64,000 nt of DNA from Camelus ferus (lineage: Eukaryota), in contig NC_045696.1 of assembly GCF_009834535.1 (NCBI RefSeq), positions 114,268,001 to 114,332,000 of the forward strand. Reading direction: 5' to 3'. A model generated the notes under the pieces. That model ran no database searches, was not told the origin of the DNA, and saw nothing but the letters and a program-made list of their open reading frames with translations. A program made the translations under genes and the position numbers. Below are positions 14,075 to 27,379 of this stretch, piece by piece (the stretch's first letter is position 1; each line of letters opens with the position of its first letter).

Positions 14075-14410
14075 CTGTACTGACCGATATGGTAACCTGT
14101 AGCACGTACTTAATGAACACTTGAACTATGGCTTGTCCAATTAGGGCAAAGAAATACTATAAATGCAAAATACACACCAGATTTCAAAGACTTAGTATGA
14201 AAAATGGAGTATAAAATATCTTCTTAATAATTTTTTATAGTGGTTACATATTGAAATGATAATATTTTGGATATATTGGGTTGAATAAAATATATTATTA
14301 AAATTAACCCACTTGTTTCTTTTTCCCTTTTTGAAGATGACTATTAGAAAATTTTACACTGCAGATGTGGCTTACATTTGTGACTTGCGTGATATTAATT
14401 ATTGCATAAC
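14075..14410. mobile_element. MER33/MER3-like hAT-Charlie element
   Basis: aaatacacaccagatttcaaagacttagtatgaaaaa..tattttggatatattgggttgaataaaatatattattaaaattaa. Confidence 0.75.
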
Positions 14411-14570
14411 ATTGTTCTAAACAATAAAGACTATCACAATCTTAATATATATTAATGTTTAGCACAGATCACAACTGAGAAGTATTGACATTTACTGGTC
14501 TTGATATTTGTCACAGCAGTTGTAATGAAAATGTCAATAAATCCTCATTGAGTTGGGACACATTTCTTAC

Positions 14571-15074
14571 TTGAGTTCACCCATTCATCTTCCAACAGCC
14601 ACACTTAAAAAAAAAATAACTCCCTAAAACAGGCTTGGATGTGCATATTCTTGTGTCTGAAATAGTCTCATTGCGTTTGGTGGATTAGAGTTGAGACTCA
14701 GGAGGCACATGGCTTGTTTTGACAGCTAGGAATGCCAGAGACTTTCTCGTTTAGATTTAACATTCCATCTGCTGTGTTTTACAAGCAGAAGAGCTGCAGC
14801 TCAGGGAAGAGAGGCCTGCCGGAATGGGGTGGTGGTGGTTCTGTTTTATCCTACGTCTTCCTTTTTTTTGAAATGATGAACTAAAGAAGAGACATAACAA
14901 ACAACATCACTGTGCATCAGCAACCTTGCCAAGTGTAACAGATGAACACACTTCCACTGAGTGCCGCTCAGTCTTAGCCGGTCGGACTGTTCACTGCTCT
15001 GCCTCAACTGCTCGGGAAAGCCACCTTTCTCTTTAGAGCTATGGATCCCATTCACGATTCAAAGACATGGCTAC
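14571..15074 (-). pseudogene. Decayed exon (RGS domain)
   Basis: Acceptor acccacag|; 69-aa ORF ..GTQWKCVHLLHLARLLMHS.., then ..HPSLF* and, after a frameshift in a T-run, VWLLEDEWVNS; donor CAA|gtaaga. Confidence 0.6.
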
Positions 15075-15196
15075 CTGTGGGTCACTATAATCAATCAAAA
15101 GCAGGAAGCCTGCTTCCTTGGATCAAACTGAGTAAATTTCCAATTGCCAAGCCACTGTGGAGTTCATAGGTGGAAGGGATTTATAAGTAGGGGCTC

Positions 15197-16062
15197 AAAA
15201 ATTGTCTCTACAAATGATCAATAGGCACATGAAAAAATGCTCAATATCACTAATTATCAGAGAAATGCAAATCAAAACTACAATGAGGTAGTCAGAATGG
15301 ACATCTCACACCAGTCAGAATGGACATCTTTCAAAAGCCACAGATGACAAATGCTGGAGAGGCTGTGGAGAAAAGGGAACCCTCCTACACTGCTGGTGGG
15401 AATGCAGTTTGGTGCAGCCACTGTGGAAAACAGTATGGAGATACCTCAAAAGACTAGGAATAGACTTACCATATGGCCCAGGAATCCTGCTCCTGGGCAT
15501 ATATCCAGAAGGAACCCTACTTCAGGATGACACCTGCACCCCAATGTTCATAGCAGCACTATTTACAATAGCCAAGACATGGAGGCAGCCTAAAAGTCCA
15601 TCAACAGATGACTGGATAAACAAGATATGGTATATTTATACAATGGAATACTACTCAGCCATAAAACTGACAACATAACGCCATTTGCAGCAACATGGAT
15701 GTTTCTGGAGAATGTCATTCTAAGTGGAGTAAGTCAGAAAGAGAAAGAAAAATAACATATGAGAGCGCTCATATGTGGAATCTAAAAAGAAAAAAAAAAC
15801 ATAAATACAAAAGAGAAACAGGCTCATAGACATAGAATACACACTTGTGGTTGCCAAGGGGGCAGGGAGTGGGAAGGGACAGACTAGGATTTCAAAATGT
15901 AGAATAGATAAACAAGATTATACTGTATAGCACAGGGAAATATATACAAGATCCTGTGGTAGCTCACAGTGAAAAAAAATGTAACAATGAATATATATAT
16001 GTTCATGTATAACTGAAAAATTGTGCTCTACAATGGAATTTGACACAACACTGTAAAATGAT
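15197..16062 (+). mobile_element. Young 5'-truncated L1 (ORF2 C-terminus and 3'UTR)
   Basis: [48 protein letters not shown]; 3'UTR shared with copies at 25.5 kb and 47.2 kb. Confidence 0.92.
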
Positions 16063-16261
16063 TATGCAGTGACCATACTGATCTTGAAACTTGTTCATGT
16101 GGAGCCTGTATCAGTCTGGGTCCTTGAATCACCATGTGGAAGAGAGACACCTGATGCCTGGGCCATCCTGTGAGAGAGAATTAAGCTTTTACGTGTTGGA
16201 GCTGTTGCATTTTGGGGTATTTGTTACAAATGCTTGGCCTATCCTGTCTAATGTAAACTCT

Positions 16262-16709
16262 TTTAGTTATTCTTTTTTACTGACGTGTAGCTGATTTACA
16301 ATATTACATTACTTACAGGTATACAATGTAGTAATCCAATATTTTTACAGATTATACTCCATTTAAAATTATAACAAAATTATGGCTATATCTCCCTGTG
16401 CTGTACAATATATATTTATTGTTTATCAATTTTGTACTTAGTCGTTTGTATCTCTTAATCCTCTACCTCTGTTCTGTCCCTCCTTCCTTCCCTCTGGCCA
16501 ATGGTAACACTAGCTTGTTCTCTATAATCTGTGAATCTGTTTCTGTTTTGTTATATTCATGTTTTTTTTTAGATTCTACACATAAATGATAATATAGAGT
16601 ATCTGCCTTTCTCTGTCTGACTTATATCACTAAGTATGATACCCTCCAGGACCATCCACATTGTCACAAATGGCAAAATTTCACTCTTTTTATGGCTGAG
16701 TAGTATTCC

Positions 16710-16751
<42 letters not shown>

Positions 16752-17630
16752 AATAAAAATGTCTTCTTTATCCATTCATCTCTTGATGGGGAATTACATA
16801 CCCAGGAGTGGAATTGCTGGCTCGTTTGGTAGCTCTCTTTTTAGTTTTTTTGAGAAACCTCCATACTGTTTTCCATAGTGGCTGCACCAATTTACATTCC
16901 ACCAACAATGTACAAGAGTTGCTTTTTCTTCATGTCCTCTGCAACATTTATTATTGTGATGATAGACATGTTAACAGATGTGAGGTGATACCTCATTTCT
17001 CTAATAATTACTGATATTGAGCATCTTTTCATATGCCTGTTAGTCCTCTGTATATCTTCTTTGGAATAATGTCTATTCATGTCTTCTGCCCATTTCTTGA
17101 TTGGGTTTTTTTTTTCTTTGATACTGAGTTGTATGAGCAGTTTATATGTTTTGGATATTAATCCCTTGTTGGTCATATCATTTGCTATCTTTTTCGTAGG
17201 CTGTCTTTGTTTTGTTGACAGTTTTCTTTGCTGTCCAAGAGCTTTTACATTTAATTAGGTTCCATTTGTTTATTTTTGAATTTATTTCTTTTGCCTTAGA
17301 AGACACTTCCAAAAATATTGCTATGATTTATGTCAAAGAATGTTCTATGTTCTCTTCTAGGAGTTTTGTGGTTTCAGATCTTACATTTGGGTCTTTAAAC
17401 CATTCTGAGTTTATTTTTGAATGTGGTGTGAGGAAATGTTATAATTTCATTGTTTTACATGGAGCTGTTGAGCCTTCCAGGCACCACATATGGAAAAGAC
17501 TGTCTTTTCTCCATGTTATATTCTTTGCCTTAGATTAATTGACTATAGTTGGTTGAGTTTATTTCTGAGCTCTCTGTTCTGTTCCATTGATCTATGTGTC
17601 TGTTTTTGTGCCAGTCCATACTGTTTTGAG
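16262..17630 (-). mobile_element. L1 3' portion
   Basis: [31 protein letters not shown] on the minus strand; 3'UTR with (GT)n. Confidence 0.9.
16712..16748. repeat. (TG)n microsatellite inside L1
   Basis: Uninterrupted TG run. Confidence 0.95.
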
Positions 17631-19499
17631 TCAACCTTATTAGCTATTACACTGGTAGTTATCTGATTTGAAAATGAGAAAGTGTCATAAATCACAGAGG
17701 AGACCATTTTCTTTTCTCTTAGGGTACACTTTTATCTGTAATAGTTTTGATCTTTTTTTTTTTCTCATATTTAACTTAAGCTGACTGCAGACATTAGTCA
17801 TAGGGGTAGAGGACATCTGAACTGGGAAGGGGTCAGTTAGTCCAAATGCCTCATTTTGCAGATGAGGACATACCCACATTGTGCCTGCTTGTCATGACGT
17901 GGCTAGGGAGTTGCAGGCATTGGACTAGAATTCAAGTTTCCTGTTTCTCATTTCAATATCTTTCCAATATATCTAAGAAGTATAGATAATTTTTATCTAA
18001 CATGGCAATTCTGACTGATTGGTAGTGCCTGTCTGGACTATTATTTTCAAGAGTATGAGGATGCTTTCTGGCCCATAGGAGACAAAAGAGAGTAGAGGCA
18101 ATTATGTGTTGCATTCACCAGCTCTGCGTTATGCAATGCAGCTTCATACCAAGGTAAGTTTCATTATGTGTCTTGGCAGTATTGAGAAAGCACTGGTTTT
18201 ATTTATCTTTTGAATAGTGACAGTCTGAATGGGAAATTCTGATAGTGTCATCACTGATGGAATTAGCATTCCCATGGAATGGAAAGAATATAGGCTGGGT
18301 GTCTGAAAAGCTAGGTTCTAGCCTTAGTCTTTCATTAACTTGATCTTGGGTAAGTCATTAAACACACCTGGACTTCAGTTTGCTCATCGGTAAGACAACA
18401 TTGTGAAACAAGAATCTATTCCAGGTTCAAATTTTTGTTATTCTATAATAATATGTACTAATAGCATTATGTAAACATAGTTCATTGCTTTCATAAATGC
18501 ATCTGTATCTATCATCTCTCTATGTGCTTTCATCTGTCCATCTGTCTACCTATCTAGCATAACCTTTAAGAGACACATTTAATCAAATTCAGTAAAAATA
18601 TCCAAGCATTAATAATATTATGATTGATTAGTTATTATAAGACTATGTATTTGTATGGAGTGTTTATTTATGTTTTCACATTTGGGCTCCATAGCAAATC
18701 TATGAGGTGGGCAGATCTTTTTTGTGATGTGGAATGGCTTGAAAAAAGGGCTCCATTTACAGGTAATAAAATTTTGGCTTAGGGAGAGTACATGATGAAA
18801 CACTAAATCACGTAACAAGTTAGTGAACAAATTGGAGCTTGATTTCAGATGAGATGCACATTTTCTCTAGATCACACTTCCCCCGTAATCTTTTACAATT
18901 AAAACCAGTTACAGTTTTCTTTGAACATTTTTTATGGAGACTACTGTTGTATATCTAGAGCGATTCAGATTCTAGACACTTTGGATTTTATTAGTGAATT
19001 TTCGTTGTTTTTGTGGATGCACATAATAGAGATCTCCAGTGTCCTTTCTCTTCTGTTTCTGCAGGTGAAGTCATACACTCATCAGACATTTCTCTTGGCC
19101 CTGGTTCTGTGTGTTCATTCTTGGCTCAAATCAACCCATTCTGTTGAGTCATGGTGGGTCTTTGTCACTGTTTTTCAACCTCGCTTCGGTGTGACCTTTG
19201 GATAGAAAACAACTCAGTATGGCCTATCAGTGAGTCAAGATGCTGTGAAGACGAGCATGGAGGATGTAACATCTGCACTGAATCAGAGTAATTGGTTGCC
19301 AGATGTACTCCACATACCTTCCACTTTTTTTTTCTGGGCTATGCTTTCATCAGGCAACATTTAACAGCTGTTAAATGAGCTGTTGGATTGTGTGGTAAGC
19401 TTTGTACAATGGATATCTTTCACTATTGGAGAAGTTTCATAGTTTTTACAAGACAAACTCTTATGAGTAGATTGTTAGGGCAAGTGGTTTATTTAATCT

Positions 19500-22400
19500 G
19501 CTTTGTTAAGTTATATGTGTTTCAGGTGTACAGCATTGTAATTTGACATCTGTATACACTATAAAGTGATCACCACCAAGAGTCTAATGATCAGCTATCA
19601 CCATACAATTGATTCCTTTCATCCACTTTGCCCATCTCTCATAACCACTAATCTGTTATCTGTATCTGTGGGTCTTTTGTTTTGTTTGTTCATTAGTTTT
19701 TTCTTTTTTTTTTTAGATTCCACACATGAATGAAATCATATGGTATTGTCTTTGTCTGTCTGACTTACTTCACTAAGCATAATACCTTCAAGGTCAATTC
19801 ATGTCACAAATAGCAAGATTTCATTCATCTTTAGGGCTAATATTCTATTGTATATGTATATCCATTTCTATATGTGTCACATTTTCTTTATCCATTCATC
19901 CATTGATGGACGCTTAGGTTGTTTCCATATCTTGCCTGTTGTAAATAATGCTTCAGTGAACATAGGGGTGTACATATCAAATATTTAAAATTAGTATTTT
20001 TGTGTTTTTTTGGATATATACACAAATGTGGAATAGCTGGGTCATATGGTAGTTCTACTTTGTTTTTTCCTGAGGAATCTCTGTCCTGTTTTCTATAGTG
20101 ACTGCACCAATTTATAGTCCCACCAACAGTGCACAGGGGCTCCCTTTTCTCTACCTATTCTCCAACATTTGTTATTTCTTGACTTTTTGATAAAGGTATA
20201 AGGTAGTATCTCATGTGGTTGTGATTTGCATTTCCCTAATAATTAGTGATGCTGAACATATTTTCATGTGCCTGTTTACCATCTGTATATTTTCTTTGGA
20301 AAATGTCTACTCAGATCCTCTGCCCATTTTTTAATTGAGTTGTTTGTTTTCTAGATGTTGAGTTGTATGAGTTCTTTATATATCTTTTGGATATTAACCC
20401 CTTATTGGATATATGATTTGCAAATATCTTCTCCAATTCATTAAGTTCTCTTTTTGTTTTGATGGTGGCTTCCTTTGCTATGCAAAAGCTTTTTAGTTTG
20501 ATGTAGTCCCATTTATTTATTTTTCTTTTGTTTCCCTTGCCTTTGGAGTTAGATTTCGAAAAACAACACAAAGACTCATGTCCATGAAATTACCACCAAC
20601 GTTTTCCTTCCAGGAATTTTCTGGTTTCAGGACTTACATTCAAGGCTTTAATTAACTTTTGTGTATGGTGTCAGATAGTGGTCTAACTTCATTCTTTCTC
20701 ATGTGGCTGTCCAGTTTTCCCAACATCACTTATTGAAGACTACCTTTTCTCCATTGTATGTTTTTGCTCCTGTGTTGTAAATTAATTGTCCATATATGTA
20801 TAGATTTATTTCAATTCTGTTTCATTGAACTATGTGTCCATTTTTCTGCCAGTACCACACTGTTTTGATTACTATAGCTTTGTAGTATAGTTTGAAATCA
20901 TGGCACTTGATACCTCCAGCTTTGTTCTTATTTCTCAGGGTTATTTTGGTTATTCAGGATCTTTTGTGTTTCCATACAAATGTTAGAATTATTTGTCTTG
21001 TTCTGCAAAATATGCCATTGGAATTTTGACAGAGATTGTATTGAATCTGTAGATCACTTTAGGTGGTGTGGGCATTTTAACAATATTGATTCTTCCAATA
21101 GATGAGCACAGAGTATCTTTCCATGTATTTGTTTTGTCTGCAATTCCTTTCATCAGTGTTTTATAGTTATCAGTGTACAGGTCTTTCATCTCCTTGGTTA
21201 AATTTAGTTCTAGGTATTTTCTTCTTTTTGATGCAATTGTAATTGGGATTACTTTCTTAGTTTCTTTTTCTGATGGTTTGTTATTAGTGTATAAAAATGC
21301 CACAGATTTCTGTATATTAACTTTGTACCTGAAATATTACTGAATTAATTTTTTAGTTATAACAGTTTTGTGTGTGTGTGTGTGTGTGGAGTCTTTAGAT
21401 TTTTCTATATATAGTATCATATCATCTGCAAATAGTGACAGTTTTACTTCTTTCTTTTCTGATTTAGATGTCTTTTATTTCTTTTACTTACCTAATTTCT
21501 GTGGCTAGGACTTTTAATACTATGTTGAATAAAAGGGGGTATCTTTGTCTTGTTCCTGATCTTAGAGGAAACGTTTTCAAGTCTTTCATCATTGAGTATG
21601 ATGTTAGCTGTGGGTTTGTGGTATATGGTCTTTATTATGTTGAGGTATGTTTCCTCTATTCCTCTATTTCCTCTATTCCTCTGTTATGTTGAGAGTTTTT
21701 GATCATCGGTTGAGATGATCGTATACTTTTTATCCTTCATTTTGTTAATGTGATGTAAGTGTTAATGCATGTGATGTGATGTGCATATATAAGGATGTTG
21801 GCCTATAATGTTCTATTTTTGTGGTGTCCTTGTCTGGTTTTGGTATCAGGGTAATGCTGGCCTTATAAAATGTGTTTGGAATATTTCCCTCCTCCTTTGA
21901 AAGATTTTGAGAAGGACAGCTATTAAGTGTTTTTGTGAATATTTCATAGAATTTACCAGTAAGGCTGTCTGGTCCTCTTCTTCTATTTCTTGGGAGAGCT
22001 TTGATTACAGTTTTAATCTTTTTACTGGTAACTGATCCATTCAGATTTTCTATGTCTTCATGATTTGTTCTTAGAAGATTATGTTTCTGAAGAATTTATC
22101 CATTTCTTCTAGGTTGTCCAATTTGTTGGTGTGTAATTGTTTATAGTAGTCTTTTATGAGCCTCTGTATTTTTTTGGTATTGGCTGTGACTTTTCTTCTT
22201 TCATTTTTGATTTTATTAATTTGAGTCCTCTTTTTTTCTCTTGGTTAACCTAGCTAAAGGTTTGTTGATTTTGTTTGTCTTTTCAAAGAACCAACTCTTA
22301 GTTTCATTGCTTTTTTTTTTTCTATTTTTTAATGACTCTCTTTCATTGATTTCTGCTCTGATATTTGTTATTTCCTTCCTTCTACTAATTTTGAGCTTTA

Positions 22401-24370
22401 TTTTTTGTTATTTTTCTAGTTCCTTTAAGTGTACAGTTAAATGCTTGGGATTTTTCTTGTTTCTTGAGGTAGGCCTGTATTGCTATGAACTTCCCTCTTA
22501 GAACTGCTTTTGCTTCATCCCATAGGTTCTAGTATGTCATCTTTCCGTTTTTATTTGTCTCTACGTGTTTGATTTTCCTTTGGTTTCTTTGATGAGCCAT
22601 TGATTGTTCAGTAGCACGTTGTTTAATCTCCACATTTTGGTGGGTTTTTTTCCAGTTTTCTTCCTGTAATTGACTTCTAGTTTCATACATTGTTTTCAGA
22701 AAAGATGCTTGATGTGAATTCAATCCTCTTGAATTTACTGATATTTGTTTTGTAACTTAATATGTAATCTATCCCAAAGGATGTCCCATGTGCACTTGAG
22801 AAGAATATATATTCTACTGCTTTTGGACTGAATGTTTTGTATATTTTATTAAGTTCATCTGATCTAGTATGTCATTTAAGGCCAGTGTTTCCTTATTGAT
22901 TTTCTTTCTGGATAATCTATCCATTGCTGTAAATGGTATGACAAAGTCATTTACTACAATTATATTGCTTTTAATTTCTCACTTCAAGTCTGTTATTTGA
23001 TTTATATCTAGCTGCTTCTGTGTTGAATGCATATACATTTATAAATGTTATAACTTGCTGAATTTATATCTTTATTAGAATTTAATGTCCTTCTCTGTCT
23101 TTTTTTACAGTCTTTGTTTTAAAGTCTATTTTTGTCTGATATGAGTAGAGCTGCTCCAACTTTCTTTTTATTTTCATTTGCATGGAATATCTTTTCCCAT
23201 GCCTTTGCTTTCAGCCTGTGTATCCTTGCTTCTGACATGATTCTCTTGTTGGCAGCATATATATGTCTTGTTTTTTGATCCATTCAGCCACTCTATGTCT
23301 TTTATTTACAAATTTAGTCCACATACTTTGAACGTAATTATTAATAGGTATGTTCTTATTGACATCTTACTGTTTTCTGACTGGTTTTCATAGTTCCTAT
23401 CTGTTTCTTTTTTCTTCTTTTTCTGTTTTTGTCTTGCATTTTGGTGTTTTTTGTCAGTGTTTTGTTTAGATTCCTTTCTCATTTTCTTTAGTGTATTTAC
23501 TGTAAGTTTTTTCCTTGTGGTTACTGTTAGGTTCATACATAACATCCTATGTATATCAGCTGTCTCTCCCAGTCTTGAAGGAATGGCCTTCTTTGAAAGA
23601 TGTCCTGTGGGATGGAGAAGTACAATCCTGTCTATCCACCAGAGACAGGGGCTTAAAGGGTTTCTCCCATGTGAGCTGCATGTGCCTTTTTGTTGTGGTG
23701 GGGCTGTTGCTGCTGCGTGGTGTGTTGATGGGCAGGGTATTGCTCTGCCTGCTGACAGGCCTGTCTGAGGTACTGGGGTGGATGGTATCCTCAGCAGGTT
23801 ATGGCCACTGACACTAACAAGTTAGAGGGAGAATTCCAAAGTGACATCCACCAGTGTCAGAATTAGCAAGGTAGCCTGAGATTGCAAAACTGGCTCCTCT
23901 GTGTCTCTGTCTGTAGGGAGTATCCCAACTGGTTCCTGCCTCTCTGGCAGATACTTAAAGATTAGTAAGTGGGTCCCCTTCACCTATGGTCCATGTAATT
24001 TTCAGTCTAGTGTTTTTCTGCTGACTTTTGGGTCAAGTGAGTTTGTGAATGTGTCCTTTGAGAGTGGATTTTCTGTTCTCTGTAGTTCTATAGTTTTACT
24101 GTGTGTATTTCTAGTTGGTTTTTTAAAGCAAAGTGTTTTGGAGGCTTGTCTCTGCTATACAGGATCTGGGATCTGAGCCTGATGTGGAACTTGAATTCCT
24201 TTTTCATCATGGAAAAGATCCACACCTTTGTGGTCCCTCCTGATTATAGAATGCTACAGCTAGAATGTGGTGAATTGTTCTATGTGTATTTGTATATTTG
24301 ATGTGTTCATGGGAGGAGGTGAATTCAGGATCATCTTACACCACCATCATGAACCTTCTCCCCTCATGGA
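19500..24370 (-). mobile_element. Long degenerate L1 (3'UTR, ORF2, inter-ORF and probable 5' region)
   Basis: ORF2 fragments KWDYIKLKSFC, AFLYTNN..KYLELNLTKEMKDLYTDNYKTL..GRINIVKM. 23560-24370 resembles an L1 5' region (less certain). Confidence 0.88.
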
Positions 24371-24699
24371 AAATATAAACAATCATCTTGAGGATTCTAT
24401 CATCTCACATTCAGAGAGAAGTATCTGGCTTATTTGGTACCTCTCTTGATGTTCTTTGGGACTAAATGGAGAGATACGGACCCAGTGTCAGGGTAGATAG
24501 AGGGATGCTTACCTAGCAGAAAAATGTTAACTAGTTGGGTCAACCAGATTAGTCTGGGCCCTGTTCTGTTAAACATTTTGGTTAAAATTTGGATGAAAGT
24601 CACCTGGAATTTCTTTAACAAACTTTTGGTGTCACAAAATATTGGAAGAATGGATAATATATTACATGACAAGCTGTTCATCAAAAGCTATATTAATAG

Positions 24700-25090
24700 T
24701 TGATAATGATGATCTGAAACTAACAGGATATCATTCCTGAATTTAGGTATGAAAAACAAAATCCTTTGTGAAGGTTTATAAAGAGGAAGATTGAGTTTAG
24801 TAGGCCTTTATGTGCAGAAGATTTCAGTTGATTACAAACTGAGTATGAGCCAACAATACAGTTGCAGCTGCCGGGCAGATTAATGCAATCTGAGGGAAGT
24901 GTTAGGATAATATAATGTCAGATTAAAAGAGATGATGGCTTCATTGTAATGGGAACTGGTCAGAACTCATCAAGAATATTGTCTTATTTTTGGTACCATG
25001 CTTTAAGTGGATATTGTCAAATAAATGAATTTGGATACTGAAGATATCCAGAGTTCAAATAATTAGGGATGTTCAACCTGAACAAGGAAA
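24700..25090 (+). mobile_element. CR1/L3-like ancient LINE fragment
   Basis: gagtatgagccaacaatacag..ctggtcagaactcatcaagaatattgtc..tggtaccatgctttaag. Confidence 0.5.
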
Positions 25091-25542
25091 ATGATGATGA
25101 GACATGATAACTAGGGACCATATGTTTGGGTTCGCTTGGGTCATACCCTGTTCATGCCTGTTTCTCAGTGTTCCATCTGGTTTAGCATCTGCTTTTGGAT
25201 TAGAACTTTTTAATAGATCTCCCACTTCATTAAAACCTAATATTCAATTCATTATTTTAGTACCATCTTTTACCTTCAAAACTGTCCCCAGTTTGGATAA
25301 TAAATTATATAGTTACCTCATAACCGTCTTGTAATTTGGAGGACTGTCCTGTTGAGAGATTTACTTTTGTGTGAAGAACTACTTTATGTAGTTCACAGGA
25401 GAGAACTTTGATCAATTGATGGACATGACAGGAAGTCAAGTTTCAGCTCAATATAAACTTTATGAAGTGGTAAGATCGCACCTCTGGAAAAGCTCGAATG
25501 ATGCTTGATGCCTCCTGGTATGTCAGGGGTTTAAAAATACTT

Positions 25543-25804
25543 TATTGGGAGGGGGTGGGAAGGGACAGACTGGGATTTCAAAATGTGTAGATACTGGCAG
25601 ACATATGTAGAATAGATAAACAAGATTATACTGTATAGCACAGGGAAATATATACAAGATCTTGTGGTAGCTCACAGCGAAAAAACTGTGACAATGAATA
25701 TATGTATGTTCACGTATAACTGAAAAATTGTGCTCTACACTGTAATTTGACACAACATTGTGAAATGACTATAACTCAATAAAAAATGTTAAAAAATAAA
25801 AAAA
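25543..25804 (+). mobile_element. Young L1 3' end with 14-bp target-site duplication
   Basis: TSD gtttaaaaatactt at 25529-25542 and 25805-25818; A-rich tail. Confidence 0.92.
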
Positions 25805-26361
25805 GTTTAAAAATACTTCATTATGGAAAACTTTCAAATACATACCAAAGTGGAGAAAACAGTATACTGTCAGGAAATTTTTGATGATGGAATGCAAATT
25901 CCCAAGTGGCTGTGTAACCCAGCTGACTGAAAGCTGTCTGGGGAATCATCTTTGTTAGTGAATGCAGGAGGGCTGACGGTAAATGCCTAACAGATCACAG
26001 CACAGTTCACATGATGCCAATGGTAGGGCTTCCACTGCCAAGTTCCACTGCTTGCTAGAATCACAAGACCCTAGGAATCAGAAGTCTGTTTCTTATCTTT
26101 GGTTTTCCTGATGAGCAGTCCTCATGCATAAGGAGAGGTACCGTTTCATATTTTTTTTTCCATTTTTTTGCCTAGAGGATGATCTTGATGGAGGTGTGGC
26201 CTGTCATTGTTTATTCTGACCCCAACTTAGATGACCACATGAGCTCCTAACCCACAGTGTTTAACCCATTAGCAGGTGCTTAACACACATTTGTTGACTG
26301 AATGAATGAACGAACCACTGACAGGCTGCCCTCTACTATCCCTGGTACACTGGAAGCCTAC

Positions 26362-26860
26362 CATGGTTCTCTCTCCACTAGAAAATGGGATTTGGAAGTA
26401 ATTTCAAGTTTTCTACCCATGGGGCGTTACAGAAGCTGTCATATAAGAAAACTCTTGGCGTTGATGCCATTCTTGGGTGGCAGCTTCTGGATTCTCAGTT
26501 GTTAAACACATTCTAATTAGGAACTAGCTACAGTATGTTCCCGTAACCTGTTATATGAACCTAAGGAAGTCTCAGCTCTCTCTGCATTTAGATACCACAC
26601 CCATCAGCTTGCGTGAAGTTTACCTAGGGCAGATGTGACAATATTCCAGAGAAGGAATTCTGTGCTCTTATGGTTGGAACCAGATGGTGAAAAATCCTCT
26701 TAATTAATGGTTGAAACAGAGTCTCTTGGGGACCAAGACTTGGTGTCATTTCTAAGGTTGTCAGTCTGGAGACCGTGATAGAGTCTTATTCCCTCCTCAT
26801 GAAAGGGCAGAGAGCATCTCTCAACTTTTATCCAATTCACATGTCTTCAACGTTTAGTTA
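26362..26860 (-). pseudogene. Decayed exon with RGS-like start motif
   Basis: Long frame with few stops; YLNAERAETSL (~26560-26596) resembles RGS FLxxExxExNL; donor CCATG|gtaggc. Acceptor not located. Confidence 0.5.
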
Positions 26861-27072
26861 TTTCACCAATGAAAGCAACTGCTAACATTCATTATGGTAT
26901 TTAAGCCATATGTTTCACCAATAAAAACTGATTTCTGATATTCACTATTCTAATGATCAGAGAATTTGGTTTTAATCTAGATATGGTGATTATCAAGACT
27001 GAGGAATCTGAGATTAAGCAGGAACCTTTTGTAGTAGTGGAGTGAGGTATTTCTAGTAGAATTTCTGCTTAC

Positions 27073-27379
27073 CTTCCCTAAAGTGTGAATTCTCAGTCAG
27101 GGCATCCGGCTGCCCCTAGATTTAAAGAATAAATGAATAATACCATGCTTCCTTTGGTGAAAGTATTTAAGGTAAATGTGCAGATACTGTAACACCAGTG
27201 TAATCAGACATGAATGCCACCCAGTAGTCTTGGCCCTCTCTCTTCTGTCTGACTCTTGTTGGCTCCACTTTCAATGTCGGCCATTGCCTTTGGTTATCCC
27301 ATTATTACCTTGCACCTGAAGTTCCCCTTGGCCTCATTCTGTCCTTCTGAAGCCATATCCCCATCCAGACTTCTTAAGT
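27073..27379 (-). pseudogene. Decayed exon(s), linker
   Basis: Acceptor cacatcag|; phase-1 join gives YLRSLDGDMASEGQNEAKGNFRCKVIMG*PKAMADIESGANKSQTEER..; donor GGGAAG|gtaagc. An internal acceptor near 27118 may mean two exons. Confidence 0.55.

Noticed and set aside
25900..26250. Possible extra minus-strand exon after the 26362 donor
   Set aside because: No RGS-like motif, and part resembles a hAT-type end beside an L2 tail; insufficient support.
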